Shown piece by piece: positions 50,495 through 63,041 of a stretch of DNA of 64,000 nt. How positions within the stretch are numbered: the first letter of the stretch is position 1; every line of letters begins with the position of its first letter. Made by a program: the position numbers and the translations under genes. Under the pieces are notes generated by a model. The model searched no databases, was not told the DNA's origin, and was given only the letters and a program-made list of their open reading frames with translations. The stretch comes from the human T2T-CHM13v2.0 reference genome, Homo sapiens. The stretch is taken from the NCBI RefSeq assembly GCF_009914755.1, contig NC_060947.1. One strand, 5' to 3'.

Positions 50495-51217
50495 TTTGGC
50501 TTTTATTATTATTTTTAATTGACACACAATAATTGTACATATTAATCAGGTACAGTGTGATGTTCTGATACATGAGCACAATGTGCGGTGATCAAATCAG
50601 GATAAGTACTATATCCATCACCTGAATCATTTACCATTTCTTTGTGTTGGGAACATTCAAAATCCACTCTTCTAGCTATTTGAAAATATATAATTTTTGT
50701 TAATTATAGTCACCCTATACTGCTATAGAACACTAGAATTTATTCTTCCTACCTGTTTGTACTCTTGTATCTGTTAACCAACCTCTCCCTATCCTTCCTC
50801 CCAACTCCACTCTCTCTAGCCTCTTAGTAATCACTCTTCTACTCTCTACTTCTATCACATCAACTATTTTTAGCTCCCACATGTAAGTGAGAACATGCAG
50901 CATCTATCTTTGTGTGGCTCGCTTATTTCACTTAACATAAGGTCCTCCAAGCTCATCCATGTTGCTGCAAATGATGGAATTTTGTTCTTTTTAAAGGCTG
51001 AATAATATTCCATTGTGTATATGCACCGCATTTTCTTTGTCCATTCATCTGTTGATAGACACTTAGGTGGATTCCACATCTTGGCCAATGTGAATAGTAC
51101 TTCTATCAACATGAGAGTGCAGACATGTCTCAAACATAAGAAAATCAGTATGTCAAAGAGACATCTGCACTCCCATGTTGATTGCGGCACTATTCACAGT
51201 AGCCAAGATATGGAATC
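50495..51217 (-). mobile_element. 5'-truncated L1MA with a 5' inverted segment (51139-51217)
   Basis: Reverse L1MA 3' UTR (TTTTTAATTGACACACAATAATTGTACATATT...), then a plus-strand piece of the same L1 region; near-TSD CTGGACAATTCT/TTGGACTATTCT. Confidence 0.88.
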
Positions 51218-51234
51218 TTGGACTATTCTGATGG

Positions 51235-51541
51235 GCAGAGGAAGCAGCCACCAACCAATGCCAGACAGGAAGTTGGTGCATACATAGTCCAGCTTGTGCA
51301 TCCCTTGGGTGGACAACTTTAACATGTGCTCTGTAGCATCTCCCAGAAGACCTAGTGGGACTGAGCCCCAGTGGCCCACAGCAATAACGTGCTCATCAGC
51401 ATGCCTTTTATTGGCTGCCTTCCCTTCCCTGTCTCACTTCCCACTCTCCAGCAGTGCTCCCTTGGTCAGCTTCTACATAAACAACTCACACTTCAGTCCT
51501 TGCCTCAGAGGCTGCTGCTTGCAGGGCCTAGCCTTAAGATA
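51235..51541 (+). mobile_element. ERVL LTR16/LTR33-type 3' portion
   Basis: CCTTTTATTGGCTGCCTTCCCTTCCCTGTCTCACTTCCC...ATAAACAACTCACAC...CCTTGCCTCAGAGGCTGC. Confidence 0.8.
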
Positions 51542-51549
51542 ACATATAC

Positions 51550-51730
51550 TTTCTAAGATGTTTCTCATTATTTCATCTTTACAGCAACTCCATAAAGTAG
51601 ATGGGGCAGGTAATATAGCTCCCTCTTACAGAAGAGGAAACTGAGCCCCCAAAACATTCAGAGGGAGACCCAATATCATGTGGTTTGTAAGTGGCAGAGC
51701 TGGATGGGAACCTGGTTCTCCTGAATCTCA
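51550..51730 (-). mobile_element. MIR SINE
   Basis: TTACAGAAGAGGAAACTGAG...GTAAGTGGCAGAGCTGG. Confidence 0.72.
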
Positions 51731-51959
51731 GCATCTGAGGTACCTATGTCACAAGACCTTGAGATTCCTTAGGACACTGATGTGCCACTGGATATAAGAC
51801 AGCATGGCTAAGTATTTTCAACTGTCAACAAAAGGGTATTTATGATTCCTGGGAGAGGCAATCAATGACTACTGAGCACTAACAGACGTACTACCTACCA
51901 TATGGTAATAATATGATGCTGTGTCCAAATTCTGTTGATCCATGAAATATTTTGAGTTC

Positions 51960-52105
51960 CATATTTACATATATGTGTGTATGTATGTGTGTATGTATAA
52001 AATATATATATTATATTATATATATATATATATAAAAACACATATGTATCTATAAGTTATATAGTGGCTCCAGGTGTGTGCATGTTTGTGTGTATGTGTG
52101 TGTAT
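51960..52105. repeat. (TA)n/(TG)n simple repeats
   Basis: ATATATATATATAT and GTGTGTATGTGTGT runs. Confidence 0.85.
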
Positions 52106-52129
52106 ACTACTGCCCTAATATAATGCATA

Positions 52130-52580
52130 CATAATGAGATAAATTGAATTATTGGTTCCAGTTCTTCACTCCTCTGGAGTAGTATTGTACATTCACATTC
52201 CTGCCATGACATCATGGTAGCCATAGTATATCTCCTCACTCCTTGACATTGAGCTTGGGCTTGTGACTTGTTTTGGACAATGGGATGTTAGCACATGTGA
52301 TGCAGTCAGAGATGTGAAATATCATTGCAAGTTTTGGCTAACCCTTTAACAAATCTGCCATTGCCATGAGAAGAACCTGACAGGTAGCAGGCAGGTCCAA
52401 GGAGGAAGAGACGCACGTGGAGCAGACCAATGCTCAACCTGCAGCTTGGCAGCCCAGAAGAGCCTGAGTCAGCCAACCCACAAACATGAAAATGAGGATA
52501 AATGTTTGTTATTTTAAGTCACAAAGTTTGAGGGTGATTTTGTCATTCACCATAATTGTGACGCCAGCTGACTGATCCAA
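52130..52580 (+). mobile_element. MaLR LTR, MLT1H/I-like
   Basis: TTGAGCTTGGGCTTGTGACTTGTTTTGGACAATGGGATGTTAGCA...TTGCCATGAGAAGAAC...ATAAATGTTTGTTATTTTAAGTCAC. Confidence 0.78.
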
Positions 52581-52796
52581 TAGTCAAACATACAGAAGAG
52601 AGATTTAGGAGAAATTATATATGTGAATATATTTATATATATTTTTTTCTAATACTTCTGGCCTCCAATGGCTCATCTTGGACGCCTCCTGTGATATGTG
52701 AGCTCTGTTTATGAGATCACTTCACTAAATTTGTAGGGATTATGTGAGTTTGTTGATAATTGAATTGAATATGAATTGGGCATCTACTATGGGTGT

Positions 52797-52920
52797 TAGG
52801 GTGACAATACGTGGTGACTACCCTAGGATAGTCTGAGTTGTCTTTATATAATTATTATGAATATCCCCTTTCACTCTCAGAAGTGTCCCAGTTTGAACTA
52901 AAAATTCTTTGGTCAACTTC
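52797..52920 (-). mobile_element. MER94 (hAT-Blackjack) MITE
   Basis: TAGGGTGACAATACGT...CCCCTTTCACTCTCAGAAGTGTCCCAGTTTG...TGGTCAACTT. Confidence 0.75.
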
Positions 52921-52929
52921 ACCATGCGG

Positions 52930-53610
52930 CAAATACTATGCTGGGTACAGGGAATGCAGAGCCCTTTGAGAGCAACAGGCACATCTATTGAGAACATGGA
53001 GTGGGGGCAAGAAGACATTGCTGGGAGAAGCAATGTCTGAGATGAATCTTGTAAATCAGAGATGGATGAAGAAGAGGGAGAAGGTGTCAGGACACAAGAC
53101 TCACATACAGCAAGGCATGGATATGTCAGACTGTGCATGGAAATGAGTCCATGAGTGTAGGATGTATGAGAGGCGGTGTTAGATTCATAGATGGTAGCCT
53201 CATTTGCCATATCAATGATTTTGGCCTTTTCCTTGAAAGCTATGGAAAATCTCAAGGGATTTTATTAGGGGAGGGCCGTGATCAGATTTGTGTTTTAGTA
53301 AGATGACTCCAGCAATAAGGTATATTGGAAAGGGTCAGAGAATGGAGTTTGGGAGGCCAGTCTTGCTGAGAGACAATGAAGGCTTGAATGAAGACAAAGC
53401 GAGGAGGCAGAAAGGAAGGAGCAGAAGGGCTACTAAGGAGGTAAAGTCTATGTGACATGGTGACAGATAAGATGAAGGTAGATGAAGGGTGAGATCATCT
53501 TGGTCATTGACATTAGAAACATCTCCTTGGGTGTAGGAAGAGTAGCTCTGAGTTTCTTGAGTTCCATACAGTGATCTGTACTTGCCATCTTACTCGTGAT
53601 ACAACTAGTT
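52930..53610 (-). mobile_element. L2 fragment
   Basis: TGTCTGAGATGAATCTTG; GTGATCAGATTTGTGTTTTAGTAAGATGACTC. Confidence 0.65.
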
Positions 53611-53653
53611 GGACATGATTGTGAGTGACCAAGAAGCATTGTAATTCAGTGAG

Positions 53654-54070
53654 TACAGTAGGCACTTTCAATGCCCTGCCCATATCCCTTCTGCCCACCC
53701 AGGAGGTCACTGCTGAAACATCATATATATGACTAGAGGCTACTGTGTCCCACTGGTTGAGGCTGTTCTCTGGTCACGTGAGCATGCTTGGCACATGCAG
53801 GGTATGACTGAAATGACCAGGGAATTAACACATGAGGAATGATCCTCAATACTGGGCCATACACACCCTCTCAGGGCACCCCCAGCAGAATCAAGTCCCA
53901 GTTGCCCACAGCAGTAACCAACTTATTAACACATTTTCTTTTTATCAGCTTTCTTCTTTTCTTCTCTGCCTCATTTCTCACTGTGCTTCCTGAAAACATT
54001 TCACAAATAAATTACTTGAACCCAAATATTTGTCTCAAGGTCTGCTTTTAGAGACAACCAAGATAAGACA
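53654..54070 (+). mobile_element. ERVL solo LTR, LTR33/LTR16 family
   Basis: CCCAGCAGAATCAAGTCCCAGTTGCCCACAGCAGTAACC...AAATAAATTACTTGAACCCAAAT...CTCAAGGTCTGCTTT...TAAGACA. Confidence 0.8.
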
Positions 54071-54335
54071 GTGGTTAAAATTATGGACTCTGGAGCCAGG
54101 CTTCTTAAGTGTGAATATCAGTTTGCCTCTTACCACCTGTATGTCTTCAGGCAACTTCACTTAATCTCTCTGTGTCTTGTGCCTCACTTTTCTCATCAGT
54201 AAGATGCAAACTAATAGTACCTGTCTCACAGGGCTGTTGTGAGGATTAAATGAGTTAATATATGTATATGACTTAGAATAATGGCTGGTACATGATGACT
54301 GTTTTTGTGTGCTAGATAACATTATTATTACTATT
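54071..54335 (+). mobile_element. MIR SINE, near full length
   Basis: GTGGTTAAAATTATGGACTCTGGAGCCAG...ATAGTACCTGTCTCACAGGGCTGTTGTGAGGATTAAATGAGTTAATA. Confidence 0.88.
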
Positions 54336-54431
54336 ATTCCATTTGTCTCAACCAAATGTATTGCCAAGATTAATGGAAAGGAAACTTCCCCAGTAGCTCT
54401 CATCGAGCACTATTGCTCCTTGATCTCTACT

Positions 54432-54935
54432 TTACATTATGGAATATCCAGTTAGGAAAACAGAAACCAACTAGGTATTTTAAACAGAGAGGATTTCAAA
54501 CGGGGTATTGGTTTCCAGGTATTGGAAGTCTGAAAAAGGCAAAAGAAAGTCAATTAACCAAAAGATTAGAAACTACAGGAAACAGCTACCACTGTGAAGG
54601 CTAGGAGAACAAATAGGAGGTGGTTACTAACCTCTGTGAATGAAGAGGAGGGACCATCACCTCAGGAACTGAGACCATGGAGGACTGGGCATAGCTACTC
54701 CCAGAGACCCCCATGGTAGAAGGAAACAGAAAGAGAAAGAGGGGCAGACAATGCTGCTTCCTATCTCCTGCCTTCTGGTTTCCTACCAGTGCCTCCTATC
54801 AGCAGGGTATAATGGGAGTCAACTTGCAAAAGATCCTGGGACATAAACCTTGACAAGTTTCAACCCCAGCATTACAGCACAGAATAAGGAAGGACAGTCT
54901 TGGGAATGAGAGACAACCAGAAAACACCCAGCATA
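54432..54935 (-). mobile_element. Ancient ERVL-type LTR (LTR40/41-like)
   Basis: AGGAAAACAGAAACCAACTAGGTATTTTAAACAGAG...CCTACCAGTGCCTCCTATC...CCCAGCATA. Confidence 0.6.
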
Positions 54936-55629
54936 CCTGACTTTCTTATGCATGGTTGGATTTCTTTCACCTACCCACACATTGATCCGTCTTTCTTTTA
55001 GACAGTCTTAGAGGTCTTGTGGGCTATTGTTGAGTAGTCCTTATTTACAGCACAAAGTTATCCTTCTCCTGTTCTTGCAACAGCCTATCCCTCACATTCC
55101 ATTTCCAGGGACTGCCTTTCCTGTGCCTATGCTTCTGCTAGCATACATGTGGTTTTGGCCCACATATATGCTAGCCCACAGCATTGGAACTTTGGCCCAC
55201 AAGCTCCAATACCGTGTTTCCAATATAGCAACTGCCTATTACATAGAGTTGTCCTGGTTGAAGCATCTAGCCTGCATTCTGTGATCTTAAGACAAGGTGA
55301 ATATTGTGGCATATACCATAGAGTGGTTGGAGGAACTGTGTGATCCCACACTCTATAGAATCCAAGGTTAGTTTCCTCACCTTTGAGGTCAGATTGGAAG
55401 AGGTACTGCCTGCTTCTCAAAAATTCAACCATCTTCATGCATTGCTTCACAGAGAATACACCAGATATTTTTCCTGGATATCAGGCTCAATTCAGGCCAG
55501 TTGGAGTCTTTAGTGCCAACTACACACACATGTCCTAGATCCTACAGAAGAGAAAGTCCCAACTTTCCAGGAATGCTCCATCAAATTGCAAATCAACTAC
55601 TGATTAATCATGATACTGATAATTTAAAC

Positions 55630-55835
55630 TAAGATTGATATAATATCTTGAAGTTTCCCATGCATAAAATTATCATATCATTTTCTCACAATTACTCTGT
55701 GAAGTAAGCACCATCACCACTTTACCAAGAGGAAGCTGAAGTTCAGAGAGGTTGATGGTTTGCCCAAAGTTGCACCACAGATAAATTCCAGAGTCTAGAT
55801 TTAAATGTTGGTCTCAGTCCAAAGGTGAGCTCTTT
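55630..55835 (-). mobile_element. MIR SINE
   Basis: GAGGAAGCTGAAGTTCAGAGAGGTTGATGGTTTGCCCAAAGT. Confidence 0.68.
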
Positions 55836-57652
55836 GTCCTCTGCCCGATGGCACATAAATAAGCATCTAAATGAATATGAAAAAAGTTAGGGCCCATGGG
55901 CAGCCATAAATGGGGAGGTCAGTGCAGGCTGAAGTCAATGGGTACAACTGTGGGATGATAAGATTTGGGCTGCAGTCTGAGAGATAGATGGGATTTAGAA
56001 AGTCAGAGAATAGAAAGTAGGCATTTCAGCGGGTGATCTGCATTTGAGAGCAAGAAAATACCTCAGAAATCATGCAGCTATGTACCCCATGACAAAGTGA
56101 AAACCTGCCACATTTAAGAGATTTGTGCAAACCTCTCCAACTAATTCAGGCAGAACTTGGATTACATCTCAGTGTTCCTGACCCCAGATCTTCTTTTGCT
56201 TGCCCCTGGCTCTTGGGTAATAAATAGACTAGAGCCAAATTCTCAAGAAAGTATCAAGGTTGGGGAGCTCCTGAGATCATGGTGGACAGGAGGCAGACTA
56301 GATTGCAGCTCTGGAGAGCAGTATGTGGAGGCTTGCATTGTGAATTTTAGCTCCAGATTGACTGCAAGAACAAACCACCAATCCCAAGAGGACCCACAGA
56401 CCCTCTGAAGGAAGAAGACTGCTCCTGCAGGACCCAGGAGACCCCCAAATACTGTGAGTGCCCCAACTGCAGAAGTAGGAAAGGGAGACTCTACTCTCCC
56501 AAACACACACCCCCACTGGAGAAGCTGAAGGTCTGTTTGCAGGAGAAGTTTCTAACTTTACATAGAGCTGAGTCAAGTTAGAGAGCCGAGCAAAATACAC
56601 GGGTAGAGGAAGCAGCAGAAAGGCCCTGGGAGCTTGCTGGGTCCCCAAGCAGCCCAGTCCTGCCTGGCCCCACAGGGATCCATTGGGAGGGTGGCCAGAG
56701 GAGCAGGGGGTAAAATTCCACAGGGAGAAGGAATTCTCTAGCTGAACTTTGTAACAATTTGAACTGGGTGAGAAGCCTCCTGGTCAGAACTCAGGGGAGG
56801 GCACTAATACAGCATGCAGACTTCACAGGTCGGGAAAGAACTAAAGCCCTCCTCTTTGCCTGGGCAAGTTTTCAAGCCCCTCTAGCCCTCCACCTGGAAA
56901 CAGACTCAGGGCTGTTGGCGGGGACACAGTGGGAGTGAGACTGGCCCTTCACTTTGCATGGGAGCTGGGTGAGGCCTGTGACTGCCGGCTTTCCCCCACT
57001 TCCCTGACAACCTGCACAACTCAGCAGAGGCAGCATAATCCTCCTAGGTACACAATTCCAGTGATCTGGGAATCTCACCCCCATCCCCCACCGCAGCCTC
57101 AGCAAGACCCTCCAAAGGAGAATCTGAGCTCAGACACGCTTAGCCCCACCCCCACCTGATGCTCCTTCCCTATCCATCCTAGTAGCAGAAGACAAAGGGC
57201 ATATAATCTTGGGAGTTCCAGGGCCCCACCCACCTCAATATCTCTCCACACTACTATAGCTGATGCTTTCTGGAAAGCACCACCTCCTAGCAGTAGGCCA
57301 ACCAGCACAAAAATAAAGCATTAAACCACCAAAGCTAAGTACCCTCATGGAGTCCATTGCACCCTCTGCCACCTCCACCAGAACAGGTGCTGGTATCCAC
57401 AGCTGAGAGACCCATAGACAGTTCACATGGCAGGGCTCTGTGCAGACAACCCCCAGTACCAGCCCAGAGCCAAGTAGATTAACTGAGTGCCTGACCCACA
57501 AGAGAGACAACAATCACTGCAGTTCGTCTCACAGGAAGCCACATCCATAGGAAAAGGAAGAGAGTACTGCATCAAGGGAACACCCCATGGGACAAAAGAA
57601 TCTGAACAACAGCCTTCAGTTCTAGACCTTCCCTCTGACAGAGCTCACCCAA

Positions 57653-58684
57653 ATGAGAAGGAACCAGAAAACCAACCTTGGTAATATGAAAAAAGAAGAC
57701 TCTTCAACAGCACCCCCACAAAAAAAAAAAATCACACTAGTTCACCAGCAATGGATCCAAACCAAGAAGAAATCCCCAATTTACCTGAAAAAGAATTCAT
57801 GAGGTTAGTTATTAAGCTAATCAGGGAGGGACCAGAGAAAGGCAAAGCCTAATGCAAGGAAATCCAAAATATGATGCAAGAAGTGACTGGAGAAATATTC
57901 AAGGAAATAGATAGCTTAAAGAAAAAACAATAAAAAATTTAGGAAACTTTGGACACACTTTTAGAAATGTGAAATGCTCTGGAAAGTCTCAGCAATAGAA
58001 TTGAACAAGTAGAAGAAAAAAATTCAGAGCTTGAAGACAAGGTCTTCAAATTAACCCAACCCAAAGAAGGCAAAGAAAAAGAGTAAGAAAATACGAACAA
58101 AGCCTCCAAGAAGTCTGGGATTACATTAAATGACCAAACCCAAGAATAATCGGTATTCCTGAGGAAGAAGAGAATTCTAAAGGCTTGGAAAACATATTTG
58201 GAGGAGGAGTAGAGGAAAACTTTCCCAGCCTTGCTAGAGACCTAGACATCCAAACACAAGAAGCACAAAGAACACCTGGGAAATTCATTACAAAAAGATC
58301 TTCACCCAGGCACACTGTATTCAGTTTATCCAAAGTTAAGATGAAGGAAAGAATTTTAATAGCTGTGAGACAGAAGCACCAGGTAACCTATAAAGGAAAA
58401 CCTATCAGATTAACAACATACTTCTCAGCAGCAGCCTCAGCAAGCTAGAAGGGATTGGGGCACTCCTTCAGCCTCCTCAAGCAATACGATTATCAGCCAA
58501 GAATTTTGTATCCAGAGAAACTAAGCAACATATATGAAAGAAAGATACAGTCGTTTTCAGACAAACAAGCGCTGAGAGAAAATTCACCATTACCAAGCTA
58601 CCACTACATGAACTGCTAAAAGGAGCTCTAAATCTTGAAACAAATCCTGGAAACACATCAAAACAGAACCTCTTTAAAGCATAA
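57653..58684 (+). pseudogene. L1 ORF1p remnant with stops and frameshifts
   Basis: ENFPSLARDLDIQTQEAQRTP...SSPRH...KERILIAVRQKHQVTYKGKPIRLT is L1 ORF1p-like; start codon position is inferred. Confidence 0.85.
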
Positions 58685-58788
58685 ATCATACAGTACCTAT
58701 AAAACAAAAATACAAGTTAAAAAGCAAACAAACAAACAAACAAACAACAAAAAAAAAAACCCACCAAAGTACACAGGCAACAAAGAAC

Positions 58789-61700
58789 ATGAGGAATGCA
58801 ATGGTACCTCAAATTTCAATACTAACAGTGAATATAAATGGCCTAAATGCTCCACTTAAAAGATACAGAACCGCAGAATGGATAAGAACTCATCAACCAA
58901 CTATCTGCCGCCTTCAGGAGACTCACCTAACACATAAGGACTCACATAAACTTAAAGTAAAGGGGTGGAAAAAGGGATTTCATGCAAATGGATACCAAAA
59001 GCAAGCAGGGGCAGCTATTCTTCTATCAGACAAAACAAACTTCAAAGCAACGGAGGTAAAAAGGGACAAAGAGGAACATTATATAATGGTAAAAGGTCTT
59101 GTCTAACAGGAAAATATCACAATCCTAAACATATATCTACCTAACACTGGAGCTCCCAAATTTATAAAACAATTACTAATGGACCTAAGAAATGAGATAG
59201 ATAGCAACACAATAGTAGTGGGGGACTTCAATACTCCACTGACAGCACCAGACAGGTCATCAAGACAGAAAGTCAACAAAGAAACAATGGATTTAAGCTA
59301 CACCTTGGAACAAATGGACTTAACAGATATATACAGAACATTTCATCCAACAACCACAGGATACACATTCTATTCAACAGAGCCTGGAACTTTCTCCAAG
59401 ACAGACCATACGATAGGCCATAAAACGAGCCTCAATAAATTTAAGAAAATTGAAATTATATCAAGCACTCTCTCAGACCACAGTGGAATAAAACTGGAAA
59501 TCAACTCCAAAAGGAACCTTCAAAACCATGCAAATACATGGAAATTAAATAACCTGTTCCTGAATGAGCATTGGGTCAAAAACAAAATCAAGATGGAAAT
59601 TTTAAAATTCTTCAAACTGAATGACAATAATGACACAACTTATCAAAACCTCTGGGATACAGCAAAGGCAGTGCTAAGAGGAAAAGTTCATAGCCCTAAA
59701 TGCCTACATCAAAAAGTCTGAAAGAGTACAAACAGGCAATCTATGGTCACACCTCAAGGAATCAGAGAAACACGAACAAACCAAACAAAACACAGCAGAA
59801 GAAAGGAAATAACCAAGGTCAGAACAGAACTAGATGATATTGAAAGAAACAAAAAAAAATGCAAAAGATAAATGAAACAAAGTCTGGTTCTTTGAAAAGA
59901 TAAATAAAATTGATAGACCATTAGCAAGACTAATGAAGAAAAGAAGTGAGAAAATCCAAATAACCTCACTAAGAAATGAAACAGGAGATATTACAACTGA
60001 CACCACTGAAATACAAAACATCATTCAAGGCTACTATGAACACTTTTACACACATAAACTAGAAAACCTAGAAGAGATGGATAAATTCCTGGAAAAATAC
60101 AACCTTCCTAGCTTAAATCAGGAAGAGTTAGATACCCTGAACAGACCAATAACAAGCAGAGAGATCAAAATGGTAATTAAAAAATTACCAACAACCAAAA
60201 AAGTCCAGGACCAGACAAATTCACAGAAGAATTCTGCCAGACATTCAAAGAAGAAATCGTACCAATCTTTTTGACAGTTTTCCACAAGATAGAGAAAGAA
60301 GGAACCCTCCCTAATTCATTCTATGAAGCCAGCATCATCCTAATACCAAAACCAGGAAAGGACATAACTAAAAACGGAAACTGCAGATCAATATCCTTGA
60401 TGAACATAGATGCTAAAATCCTTAACAAAATACTAGCTAACTGAATCCAACAACATATTAAAAAGATAATCCACCATGATCAAGTGGGTTTCATACCAGG
60501 GATGCAGAGGTTGTTTAACATATGCAAGTCAATAAATGCGATACACCACATAAACAGAATTAAAAACAAAAATCACATTGTCATCTTGATAGATGCAGAA
60601 AAAGCTTTTGACAAAATCCAGCATCACTTTATGATTAAAACTCTCAGCAAAATCAGCATACAAGGGACATACCTTAATGTAATAAAAGCCATCTATGACA
60701 AACCCACAGTCAACATAATATGGAGTGGGGAAACGTTGAAAGCATTCGCTCTGAGACTTGGAAAAAGACAGGGATGCCCACTCTCACCACTCCTCTTCAA
60801 CATAGTGCTGGAAGTCCTAGCCAGAGCAATCAGACAAGAGAAAGAAATAAAGAAATAAAGGGCATCCAAATCAGTAAAGAGGAAGTCAAACAGTCACTGT
60901 TTGCTGATGATATGATCATTTACCTTGAAAACCCTAAGGGCTCCTCCAGTAAGCTCCTAGAACTGATAAAAGAATTCAGAAAAGTTTTCAGATACAAGAT
61001 TAATGTACACAAATCAGTAGCTCTTCTATACACCAAGAGTGACCAAGCAGAGAATCAAATCAAGAACTCAATCTCTTTTACAATAGCTGCAAAAATATAT
61101 AAAATACCTGTGAATATATCTAACAAAGGAGTCGAAAGACCTCTATAAAGAAAACTGCAAAACACTGCTGAAAGAAATCATAGATGACACGAACAAATGG
61201 AAACACATCGCATGCTCATTCATGGGTAGAATTGATATTGTAAAAATGACCATACTGCCAAAAGCAATCTACAAATTCAATGCAATCCCCATCAAAATAC
61301 CACCATCATTCTTCGCATAATTAGAAAAAACAATTCTAAAATTCATATGGAACCAAAAAAGAGGCCACATAGCCAAAGCAAGACTAAGCAAAAATAACAA
61401 ATCTGGAGGCATCACACTACCTGATTTCCAACTACACTATAAGGCCATAGTCACCAAAACAGCATGGTACTGGTATAAAAATAGACACATAGACCAATGG
61501 AACAGAATAGAGAATCCAGAAATAAACCAAAATACTTGCAGCCAACTGCTCTTCAACAAAGCAAACAAAAACTTAAAGTGGGGAAAGGACACCCTTTTCA
61601 ACAAATGGTGCTGGGATAATTGGCTAGCCACCTGTAGGAGAATGAAACTGGATCCTCATCTCTCAATTTATACAAAAATCAACTCAAGATGGATTAGGGG

Positions 61701-62645
61701 CTTAAACCTAAGACCTGAAACTATAAAAATTCTAGAAGATAATCTTGGAAAAACCCTTCTAGACATTGGCTTAGGAAAGGAATTCATGACCAAGAACCCA
61801 AAAGCAAATGCAATAAAAATAAAGATAAATAACTGGTACCTAACTAAACTAAAGAGCTTTTGCACAGCAAAATGAACAGTCAGCAGAGTAAACCACAACC
61901 CATAGAGTGGGAGAAAATCTTCACAATCTATACATCTGGCAAAGGACTCATATCCAGAATCTACAACGAACTCAAACAAATCAGTGAGAAAAAAACAAAC
62001 ACTCCCATCAAAAAGTGGGCTAAGGAGATGAATAGACAATTCTCAAAAGAAGGTATACAAATGGCCAACAAACATACGAAAAAAAATGCTTAACATCACT
62101 AATGTTCAGGGAAATGCAAATCAAAATCTCAAAACCATAATGTGATACCACCTTACTGCTGCAAGAATGGTCATAATAAAAATAGTAATAATAATAAAAA
62201 ACAGTAGATGTTGGCATGGATGCAGTGAACAGGGAACACTTCTACACTGCTGGTGGGAATGTAAACTAGTACACCCACTATGGAAAACAGTGTGGAGATT
62301 CCTTAAATAATTAAAGTAGAATGACTATTTGATCCAACAATCCCACTACTGGGTATCTACACAGAGCAAAATAAGTCATTACTCAAAAAAACATACTTGT
62401 ATATGCATGTTTATAGCAGCACAATTCACAATCACAAAATCGTGGAACCAACCCAAATGCCCATCGATCAACGAGTGGATAAAGAAACTGTGGTATATAC
62501 AATGGAATACTACATAGCCATAAATAGGAATGAATTAACAGCATGTGCAGTAAGCTGGATGAGATTGGAGACTATTATTCTAAGTGAAGTAACTCATGAA
62601 TGGAAAACCAAATATCGTATGTTCTCACTGATATGTGGGAGCTAA
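58789..62645 (+). pseudogene. L1 ORF2p remnant (endonuclease, reverse transcriptase, C-terminal domain), disrupted
   Basis: ILTVNINGLNAPLKR, LQETH, GDFNTPL, SDHSG (endonuclease); [47 protein letters not shown] (RT); ends MFSLICGS; broken into many short ORFs. Confidence 0.95.
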
Positions 62646-63041
62646 CCTATGAGGACACAAAGGCATGAGAATGATACAATGGACTTTGGGGACATGGGGA
62701 AAGAGTGAGAGAGGGGTGAGGGATAAAAGACTACAAATACGTTGCAGTGTATACTGCTTGGGTGATAGGTGCACAAAAATCTCACAAATCACCACTAAAG
62801 AACTTACTCATGTAACCAAATACCACCTGTATCCCAATAACTTACGGAAAAAAATAAAAATTAATCAACATCTAAATATAAAAAAAGAAGGAAGGAAGAA
62901 AAAAAAGTATCAAGGTCATCATCCCTTCCCTAGGATTTCTGGTAGATCTATGGATTGATCTCATCCTATTCCATTGAGTCAATCATGACATCCAGGAGAC
63001 TTATCTCTCTTTGTGCAGTATGGGCTTTTGACACAATCAAG

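Larger units (their letters stand above)
56261..62900 (+). mobile_element. Full-length decayed L1PB (L1PBa-type 5' UTR, L1PB1-like 3' end), ~6.6 kb
   Basis: ~1.4-kb 5' UTR, ORF1 and ORF2 remnants, 3' UTR, A-rich tail; TSD AAAGTATCAAGGT at 56248-56260 and 62904-62916. Confidence 0.95.

Noticed and set aside
59179-59721. 180-aa endonuclease-like ORF as a possible domesticated gene
   Set aside because: Fragment of L1 ORF2 between a stop and a frameshift; lacks the N-terminal half of the endonuclease.
60484-61148. Reverse transcriptase ORFs as a novel RT system
   Set aside because: Ordinary L1 RT split by an 8-bp duplication (AAAGAAAT) near 60841-60858.
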